This document shows positions 50,164-60,101 of a DNA stretch of 64,000 nucleotides, piece after piece (position 1 is the first letter of the stretch; every line of letters begins with the position of its first letter). The position numbers were made by a program, and so were the translations under genes. The DNA is from Diplonema japonicum (taxonomy: Eukaryota; Protista; Euglenozoa: Diplonemea), in contig OZ025747.1 in assembly GCA_964019335.1 (NCBI GenBank), forward strand, positions 297,196 through 361,195. The letters run 5' to 3'. Under the pieces are notes generated by a model. It did not search any database. It was not told the DNA's origin and saw nothing but the letters and a program-made list of their open reading frames with translations.

Positions 50164-51399
50164 GAAGTTATTCATTATTTTTATGTCTTTTCATTTCACC
50201 ACGGGCGGGACGACAGGAGGTAAAACCGCTAAACAGGAGTGGGGGGAACGACAGAAAAGATAATAAAGAAAAGTACAAGAACTGCCTCACCGCAACCGAA
50301 CATCCCTGGTGTTCAAGCTTAGGTAGGTTTCTTGTTCATCCCCTTGACATGTCGTAGACGAAAATGATGCAAAGGCACATATCGTAGCTTTTTCCTGCCA
50401 GGCTAAAAATACGACACAAAATCTTACACCAATTCCAGCCCGAGGTATGTTGCTTGAACAATGCAACCACTCACCACAGGTAGATGTGTCAAGGGCGTAA
50501 TAAAAAAAAAAAGAGAAGAGAAGAAAAAAAAAGAGCAATTGTTTATCTTTTTTCTCCTTCCCCCCTTTGGGTACCAAAAAACTGTTGGCTCCACTCAGCC
50601 TAGCTGAAAAGGGCTATTGTATTTCAGGTTCCGTAAGGGCGTCTATGCCATCGATAACATTCGTATGAAGACATGTTCTACAACCACTCAACAATGGGCA
50701 TGGGGAAGACCCGATCTCACAATGAGCTCTGCCGGGTGGATCCGTGTCTCGGTCAAGTTTGTGCGAGTTGTTTTTCTACGATACAGTTTCACCTTTCTTA
50801 GGAGTTAAGGCCCCCAATCCCTCAATTAGAAGGGGACATGAAAACACTGAGGGAGGAAGTCAGCCCATCTTCACTGTGGACCTATTTTAGCATGTTAAAA
50901 GCAGTCCATGTCACGAAGTACATGTGGTGCCCTCACAGAAGAGCCCTTCATGCACATCTTACTTGTGCAAATGTCAGACAATCCTTGAAGTATTAACGTG
51001 ATCCAAACTAGCTTGCCAGGAAAGTGCATCTTCTAAAATGATAGAATAGCAGAAATATGTGGACGTACCAAGGTAGCTGATCCGACGTTATTGGGATTTA
51101 TCAATATGTCTAAAACAAAAGAAACAGCAACATTGAGAGGGAACACTACACTACTCACAAATGAAAACTAGTCTTTGATACAATGGTTGGCAAATGAGTA
51201 CAACCTATCAATAACCGTGTTTAAAGGAAGCAATAATGCCAAGAAAAAAGTTTATAATCAACCTGAAAATTAAAACTCATGATACATGAACCAAATGATA
51301 AAAATACAAAAATCCTTTCTTCATACGGAATTAAGGGCACTAGTAACCAAGGATGTTGCAAGAAGTGTGTGGCTTTGCAGGAGAAAAGGTAGGGAACTT

Positions 51400-51962
51400 G
51401 AGGCATTTCTAGAAGAGTGTGAGGGCAGTATTTGTGATTTCAACAGGTTGTACATCAGTGAGTACGCGAGGGCGGTTGGCTGCTGTGGTCAGAGGATGGG
51501 ATATCCGTCAGCAATCCATCTTTCGATAGGTTTGTTTTGAAACCGTGTTGCATTTTAGGATCGCCGGGAGTACACACAAGCCTTTTTGAACAAACGCTTG
51601 GTCGCGCTGGAGGAAACTTCGACATGCTGACCAAGGTGGGGAGGCAAACAGGGTACGCACTTCTTCGGTACTGCAGCTCATACAGCAAACTGGTATTCTA
51701 CATGAGAGTGGTCCCAGACTCGCATGTGGGGGTGTCATGCACAGGTTCGACGAGATGGTGCGAAAGACGATGTCGAAGGTGTGCGGCATGCAGTTCGAGA
51801 GCGGGTTGAAAGAATGGCAGCAGGCGAAATTGTCCATAAAAGTTGGCAGGCTTGCCCGACCCATCAGCAGTGCCATTCTCCTTGACAATCTTACAGTACA
51901 CGTTGAGGTACGACCTTGAAGGGAGAAGGAAGCTGGTCTTGTCATCCGACCTGATGGTGAAG

Positions 51963-52000
<38 letters not shown>
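51400..52000 (+). pseudogene. Degenerate CRE-like non-LTR retrotransposon fragment (post-RT region) ending in poly(A)
   Basis: Frameshifted ILGSP..QTGYALLRYC..SKLVFYMRVVP / RFDEMVRKTM..WQQAKLSIKVG; A-run at 51967-52000. Confidence 0.5.
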
Positions 52001-52002
<2 letters not shown>

Positions 52003-55000
52003 GGACTGATAAACAAAAAACAAAGAAAAAATGAATCAGACCAACGCGGACGCCTCCACGGGGCACCCACCGGACAGCCAGCACGAGATGCTGGTGGACG
52101 AAGAAGCCGCATCCACCTTGAAGATCAGAGTCAGGGGGGAGACAAATAAAAAGACGGAGGAGGGGGAGACGAAATGAAAAGCAGCAGCGGCACTACCGTT
52201 GGGTCATGGGGCTCCTATGTGAGAAGCTGACGACTGCCGAAGCAACACAAATCCTGTCCCAGACAGGTACAAAGACGAGCGGCCCGACAACGACGATAGT
52301 GAATGTGGGTCACTCATCCCTTCTCCTTATCAGCACAACCGAATCCTCTTTACCACCACTCCTCGAAAAAATAGAAGTGGACGGCAAAGCCGTCCAGGTA
52401 CTCCCGGACATAAAGGTCTACGACCCATGGGAGATCGAAGCTCGGAAGAAGAAGAAGACGAAAAGTCTGAAGGGACTGTCGCGGTACACAGCCGCAGAAT
52501 TTCTCCACCATTATGGCGTGCAGAAGGGTTGGAGCAAATACCAACTCGCCCTGAAGGACCGACAGGCGCACAGGGAAAAGGTGGAAGAGAGAAGAAGGAA
52601 GAAGGAGCAGGAAGTCCCGGACAGCGTACGACAAGAACTGGAACAAGTAAAGATCCAATGTATGCAGCTACAACAGCAACAACAACAGCAACACCAGCAC
52701 ATGCAGCACACCCCAGCACAAGCCGCAGACACAACTGCAGCCATCGAGCAGATGAAAGCCGAGCTGACGAGACAACAGAAGGCGACGGATCTAACCGGAG
52801 TGCTGCAGGAAATTGCAACGTTGAAGGCACAGCAACAACACATCAACAAGCCCAACAACAAAAGCAAACGCAGGACCATGACCAAAAGCTGCAGAACATG
52901 ACAGGATTACTGCAGGAGGTGGCACAGATTAAGACTGCCCAGACAGAACAAAGCGCAGTTTTAGAAAAACAACAACACCACCACCAACAACAACTTTTGG
53001 AATGGCAGCAGAGGCAGGAAAAACAGAAGGAGGCGTGGCAACAAGAACAAGAGCAAAGACAGGGCAAACAGCAACAGCTCTGGCAAGAACAGCAAGAAGA
53101 ATGGCAAGGAAGCCAACAGCAGCTCAGGCAAGAACAACAAGAGCAATGGCAAGGTGGCAACAGCAAAACAGGAAAGAGCAGCAGGAGTGGCAGAGAGGGT
53201 TGGAGGAAAGGATGGTGTCGATACTAACAAAAATATCAGCAACAGAACCGGCACCAGCACATACCAAAAGTCCAAACAACAACCAGCCTCTGCAGACAGT
53301 CTCAACAGACCCAACAGCCACTCAATTTGACAAGACCCAACAGCTGCAACAGCAACAGCGACCGCCCCAAGAGCCGACACAAGCAAAAAGGGAACCCGAA
53401 GAGGTACCAGGGAAGACAACCCAAAAGTTCGTACGATCACGGTCAAGCGAAAGGCCGCCACAGATGAAGAACCCCAAAGAGGGGGTAAATCATGACAAAC
53501 AGGCAGAGGGGAGGAAGGAACTGGCGAAGAAGGTGGCCGGGAACAGGGGAGCACAGGCACAGAATGAGAAAAGGTCTCAAACACCAGAGACTGTCCAGGT
53601 GCGCGTGCTCGGAGAGACCCCAACAAGGGGAATATGAAACGCGGGCCATCCCCCATCAACCCCAACAGAACTCTCCACAAACCAGTACCCCCCAACGAAA
53701 AACCACTTGTCACGCAGCGTCAAGCGCGGACAATAAGAATGAAGCATCAAGTCAAAGAACATCAACAACGTCAAAAACAACAGTCTCACAACCACACAAA
53801 AACATCGACAACAGCATCATCAATCCCCCGCCTAGCAGCACCAAGCGCAGACGAGGAGGGAACAGGGCAAAGCCCCCCACAAACAACAAAACGACCGACA
53901 CTCACACGAGAGCAACAGCTCCAAAGAACACCCACACCGCACACTCCATCAGAAAGATGGAACCCGCCTACGCCATCATCGTATCGCAGACATGCAGAAG
54001 TGGCAGCTTTGATAGCAGGGTACGGTGAAGAGGAAAGCGAAGAGGAGGAGTATGCAGTAGTGTTCGAGGAGTCGAAAAAGAGAGGAAGAAAAGAGAACGA
54101 GCAGAGAAGGTAGCGCTGGTTGCACTGGGAAACAAAAAGGCGCAGGAGCAGCCGATAACGATTGTCGAAGAGGACGCACAGACACTGAAGGTGGTGACAT
54201 TCAACTGCAACAGAGGCTGGGGGTCAAGCAGGGAAAGCATCAAGCAAGGCCTGAAGAAACACCAGATCGATGTATTATGCCTGCAAGAGGTGAACATGAA
54301 GAGGACAATTGAAATAGGAGGCTACAACACCTTCCAACAACCCCGCACAGTTCCAAGACAAAAAGGAAAGGCTGCGGAAGGAGGCGGAGTAGCCATTCTG
54401 GTACGGAAGGGAATACCGACAAGGCAAGGAGAGACATACAGCGGAAAGGTCACTGAAAAGATCTCCGTGCATGTCAGTCAGAAAGCAGGGCCCGAAATCC
54501 ACATAGTGAACATATAAGCTGGGGAACGTGGGAGGAATAGGGCCGGTGTTCCGAATGGTTAGGGCAATGGACGGAAGAGCATCCAAGACCAACACCGACG
54601 TACCCTTAGTCGTGAAGAATGACGTTATCCACAAAAAAGCAAAGAAGGCTGAGATCCTAGGGGAGTACTTTGCATCCATAAGCAAGTCAACCCAAGGACA
54701 CGGCTACAACCCCGACCTCAAACAAAGTGATCACGACACCTCCGAAGTACCTTTCAACATTGAAGAACTGAACAACGCTCTCGGTGAAATAAAAACGCGC
54801 AAGAGCCCCGGCAAAGATGGTTTGCACAATGAGATGCTGAAGCAACAGGGTCCGAAAGCGAAAAAAACTCTCCTACATGTAATCAACCTATCATGGCAAG
54901 GAGGCTGTGTCCCACAAAGCTGGCGAGATGCACTCACAAAGCCCTTGCCCAAACCGATGAAGGACCTCACGGACCCCAGCAGCTATCGTCCCATCGACCT

Positions 55001-57383
55001 CACCAGCAACCTGTGCAAGCTCGCTGAAAGGATGATAAAGACAAGACTCAGCTACTTACTGGAAGATCCGACATCGAACGTGCACAAGCTCTGCAACACA
55101 CAAGCCGGATTTCAAGCAGGCCGAACAACAATAGAACAGATTGCAGCACTCACAGAGGCTTAAGGACGGTCAAAAAAAGAAGAAAGTCTCCTGCACCATA
55201 TTCCTCGACTTCGAAAAAGCATTCGACACGGTGCAAAAAGCAAAGCTAATGGAGAAGCTGACGGCCATGAAGCTCCCACCGCTGTACTTGAACTGGATAG
55301 GCGCCTTCCTACAAAATAGACAGGCAGCAGTAAATCTGGAAGGAGTGACAAGCGACAACCGTGAGAAGGAAGAAGGCGTACCGCAGGGAACGGTGCTCTC
55401 ACCATTGCTGTTCCTATTCTACGTGGACAACATGGCGAAAGCCCTTGAAGAGGAAGGACAAACGGTCTTCGCATCGCTATACGCAGACGACATGACAGCT
55501 GTGATCACCGCAGACAACCACGCAGAAGCACAGAAAAAGGCGCAAAAGGTACTGGACACCATAGACACGTGGGCCAAAGAGTGGGGTCTGAAGCTGTCCC
55601 GCAAAAAGACGTGCTTCATGAGGACGGGCGGAAAGGAGAAGGGCGCACTGTACTTCATGGATGGCACGCAAAAAACGGAAGTGAAATATGAGAAGAATCC
55701 CATGTTCCTGGGGGTGAGGTTCGACGAAGAAGTGAACTTCAAGGCGCACGTTGAATATGTGATCACCGACTTGAGGAAAGAATCAAGGTGATGCGAGCGC
55801 TGGCAGGCACGGAGTGGGGGAGTATGGCGTCCACCCTCAGGGCGCTGTATCTGACGTACGCACTGCCAGTAGTGACATATGCGCTCGGGGTGTACGGACC
55901 AACGCTGATAAAGGGAGAGATCAAGAACCTGCAATTGGTGCACAACGAAGCGGCCAGATGTATCACCGGATGCAAGCGTTCAACCCCCGTCGAAGTTCTG
56001 CTGAGGGTAGCCCGGCTCTGGCCAATCGAAGACATGATAGGATATGAGACGTCCACATGGTACGAACGGTTCCTGAGGATGGAAGGCACCAGCGGGCATC
56101 AGGCAGCTCAAGGAGAAGGAAAGGAAGAGCGATCATGGCTACACGAGGCTCGAAAACGAGAAAAAAGCCTGAAGATGGAGCAACACCCGCGAGCGCCGCT
56201 GCACAGAAAGGCCATCTCACCGTGGGAGTGGAACACGCTGGAGAGGCTGGTCATCGTGACAGAAGGCGAAGGGGTAAAGAGGCTGGAAGTAGCGAAACAA
56301 AAAACAGCAGCCCTCGAGGTAGTCGCAAAGCTACCGAAGCCGACATCACTGTCTACACCGATGGGTCAGTCGAGGAAGGCAAGGGCGGTGCGGGTGTTGT
56401 GATAGAAAGAACAGAGGGGGCGACGGCCGAGATAAGCGCAGGCGTCGGCGACCTATGCGACAGCTTCCAAGCAGAGATGTGCGCAATCAACACAGCGCTT
56501 GCGAGGCTCGTGAAGGAGGACACGCAAGGGATGCAGATCAACCTGCTGACAGACTCTATGGCGTGTCTGCTGAAATTAAGACAAGGACCCGCAAGGCAAC
56601 AAGAAGACATGGTGGTCGAGGCATGGCACAACATACACGCGCTGACAACGAGAGGAAACCACCTCACATGCTGCTTTATCCCAGGCCACTGCGGGATAGA
56701 AGGAAACGAGGAGGCAGACCAACTCGCCAGCGACAGCAGAGATAAAGAAACAACACAGAAGATAAGCATGGGTGCGGCAAAGAACCACCTAAGAAAAGCT
56801 GGGAAGCGGGAAATATTAGCAGGGTTGAACAAGGAAAAGGCATACAATAAGTGGGCAGGTAACACAGAAGCACCAAAGAAGATGGAAGGGCTGAACAGGA
56901 AAGAGGAAGTGCTGATCAACCAGCTAAAGACCGGGCACCATGACCTGCTAAAGGTGGGTTACGCCGAGCAGCGAATTTGCGTGAAGTGCGGCCCCAACAC
57001 GAAGCGAACCCTCCAACATCTCTTCCTAGACTGTCCGTCATCCAAAGCCGCTGAGACACATCCTTGTGGAGAACCCACGAAAAGCAATCCAATACCTCGA
57101 AGACACCGGGGGCCTGCCCCCCTCCGCAACAACTCCACAACAACCAACTAACCTGCCAAAGTAGCAAGCCAATCAGAAGGCGGCTGAGGCACTTAAGATT
57201 CATTCAGAATCCCGAGATCCCATCCCTGATCCCCAATCCTGTTTCTCGCAGAAACAGAGAGCACTACCAACCCCCCACTACAGCAGCCAACGAGACAGAC
57301 GCAGCAGTGAAAATAAAAAAGCCCCCCTGAACAAGTTATACCCCACCCCTATAACGTGAAAATAAAAAAAAAAAAAAAAAAAA
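52001..57383 (+). mobile_element. Decayed non-LTR retrotransposon A (Ingi/I-group-like: Q-rich ORF1, partial APE, RT, RNase H, CCHC finger, poly(A))
   Basis: APE motifs VVTFNCN, DVLCLQE and GGGVAILV. RT motifs KSPGKDG, YRPIDLTS, QAGF, FLDFEKAFD, GVPQGTVLSP and YADD. RNase H motifs VYTDGS, FQAEMCAI, LTDSM and PGHCGIEGNEEADQLA. CVKC..HLFLDC finger. Several frameshifts. Confidence 0.92.
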
Positions 57384-58149
57384 GGATACTGAGGTCCGGC
57401 ACCCACAGTAGCCAAAAAAAAAAAAAAAAAAAAGAGTGTAAAGTGCCAAACAACCAGCAAAGCTTGTGGAATGAGAACACCAGTACGGTCATGAGTACCC
57501 GGGCAACCGGGTGAGCGTCTCGAGACACTTCCAACCCACCTAGTGGGTGCGACCTTAGCAAGTCGAAAAGGAAGTGGAATTTAAAAAAAAAAAAAAAGCG
57601 TCGCGATACATCTCCAAAGGTGTTCTTAGCTGTGCTACCCATAGAAATGTCAGTGAGGGGCACATACTCGTACCCGTCAAACACATGCTCATCAGCGCCG
57701 ATGGTCTCTCTGATCTTATACACGTCCATTTATAAATATGAATGGACAATCATCCTCAGTATTTAGCTGTAATAGCCTTCACGATGTCCTCTACATCAGG
57801 GTCATCTGCATCTCTTAACACGTCGCTTCCTGTTAGGTCCTGGCATTTTATATTATGGGTTTTTACTTTGAAGGTTTAACAACATGGGCATGCTTTCGCA
57901 GAACTTCTGAAGAACATGAAAACACAATGGGAGGCACAAACAGAGGAAGTGAAGTGGGTTTGGCTTTGATTGGAGGTGCGGCAGCTTCTTTTGCTGGGTA
58001 CCGGTTTAACAGGTGTTTTGCGCGGCATTTCTGATGAATATCTACGCTCCATATTCGCTAAGTGACCCGCCCTATGTCCCAAAGGGGTTATAGGGGGCTA
58101 TAGGGGAAAAAATGTCAAAAATGCCCAAAGGTTCATTGAATTTTTTTTT

Positions 58150-60061
58150 CCGAGGTTGGAGAGGGAACTTGAAGAAATGATCGACAAGGAACGCGAGGAG
58201 GCGTGGAAGGCAAAGACCGAGCAATTGCAAGAGATCAAGAACATCGGGAAGTTTGTTTAGAATGATCGACAAAATGAAAGGCAAAAAGATAAAAGAAGCA
58301 GCCCACTCGTTGAGGAAGGCGTTTCACTATAAAAGTAGTGAAAAGGCGGAGATCCTCGCAAAACACTTCGCCTCGATCAGCAAGTCAAGAGACAAAACCT
58401 TCATCCCGACCTACAAAAACTGCTCCGCCACGACAGCAGAGCAGGCCTTCAACATGGTAGAACTAGAAACTGCCATCAACGACCTAGAAATCGGTAAGAG
58501 CCCAGGCATAGACGGCATTCACAACGAAATGATCAAGAAACTGGGCCCGGCAGCAAAAGAGGCGCTTCTACACGCACTCAACCTCTCATGGGAACACGCA
58601 CACGTCCCGCAAGGATGGCGCAAGGCCATCACCAAGCCGCTACCGAAACCGTACAAGAACAGAGCACACAAAGGAAGCTACCGCCCCATAGACCTCACCA
58701 GCAACCTTTGTAAGCTTGAAAAGCTTGTGAAAACACGTCTCGAATGCCTACTCGAAGACCCTGAGTCGAACGTGCACTACCTGTGCCTCACGCAAGCCGG
58801 CTTCCGCACCGGACGATCGACAATTGAGCAGATAGCGCTCCTGTCCCAAACCTTGAAAGACAGCAGGCAGGAAAAGAAAGTATCACTGGCGCTATTCCTG
58901 GACTTCGAGAAGGCCTTCGACACGGTCGAGAAGACGAAGCTGTTGGTAAAGCTAACAGAGATGAACATCCCCCCGAGATACTTGAACTGGATCGGCAGCT
59001 TTTTGTACAACCGCACGGCAGCTGTGAACGTCAACGGCAACACCAGCAAGTACCACGAAAAAGAGCAAGGAGTCCCCCAAGGCACAGTGCTGTCTCCCTT
59101 ACTGTTCCTGTGCTACGTGGACGACATCGCGAAGAAGCTGGAGGCGGCGGGGCTGGATGGTGGAAACATAATCGCATCACTATTCGCGGACGACATGGCA
59201 GTCGTGTCAACGGGCAAGGATCACGAAGAAGCACGTGAAAAGGCACAACAAACCTTGAACCTCTTGAATGACTGGTCTGCAGAGTGGGGTCTAAATCTGT
59301 CACGGACGAAGACCTGTTATATGATGACACCTCCCGCCAAGATGGACAACTCTGAAATCCCAAAACTATACTTCATCACCCCGGAAGGACAAACACCGGT
59401 CAACTACGAGAACAACCCAATGTTCCTGGGGGTGAAGTTCGACGAACAGGTAAGCTTCAAGGAACACCTGAAGTACACGGTCAACCGACTTGAAAACAGG
59501 ATGCAGGTGATGAAAGCGGCGGGTACGAAATGGGGCTGCATGGGCGCGACACTGAGGACCGTCTACCTCACCTATGTTCTGCCAGTGGCAACGTACGCAC
59601 TCGGAATATACGGACAAGCGCTGAACACAACGGACATCGAAAGCCTGCAAGTAAGACACAACAAAGCCGCCCGCCTCATAACAGGCTGCGTACGCTCGAC
59701 ACCAATACCCAGCCTCCTGCGACGAGCTAGGTTATGGCCGATAAGAGAAATGGTCACCTACCAGTCCTCGCTGCTATATGAGAGATTCCGTAGAATGGAT
59801 GACACAGGCGGAAAGCGCGCGTCGTCAGAGGAGCTGGTGCAAAAGCTCGTAGCTCTGCAAAGCGGGAAACAGGGACGACAACCTGCTGGCGCTAAGAAGA
59901 CACGACAGAGCACCGCTGCACAGGAGAACACCCATTCCGTCCTCAAAAAGCTAGAGATCCGAAAAGAGGGCAGCGGAATCAAAAGCAAGACGAAAACGGG
60001 ACAACTCGCAGAAGCCTTAAAGATAATTGGGAAACTCCCGCAAGCCGACATCATGATATAT
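58150..60061 (+). mobile_element. Non-LTR retrotransposon B fragment (RT to start of RNase H), related to element A
   Basis: KSPGIDG, YRPIDLTSNLCKL, TQAGFR, FLDFEKAFDTV, GVPQGTVLSPLLF and FADD; breaks off at PQADIMIY. Confidence 0.92.
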
Positions 60062-60085
60062 GGCATAGTATTGTCTTCTTCTTTA

Positions 60086-60101
60086 TTTCTGTACTTTATT
60101 G
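60086..60101 (+). other. Spliced-leader 3' remnant TTTCTGTACTTTATTG
   Basis: Exact 16-nt match to the 3' end of the 39-nt euglenozoan mini-exon (..CAGTTTCTGTACTTTATTG, recalled for Leishmania and Diplonema). Confidence 0.75.

Noticed and set aside
52001-52120. HDV-like ribozyme / Pr77 signature at the element A 5' end
   Set aside because: Could not build the nested double pseudoknot by eye; needs a descriptor search.
57526-57577. Hammerhead ribozyme in the three-way junction
   Set aside because: GAAA is present but the CUGAnGA core is absent.
57600-58150. Minus-strand coding-like fragments and a short match (GGAAAAAATGTCAA) to the MITE TIR
   Set aside because: Too short and degenerate to assign; no partner end in the window.
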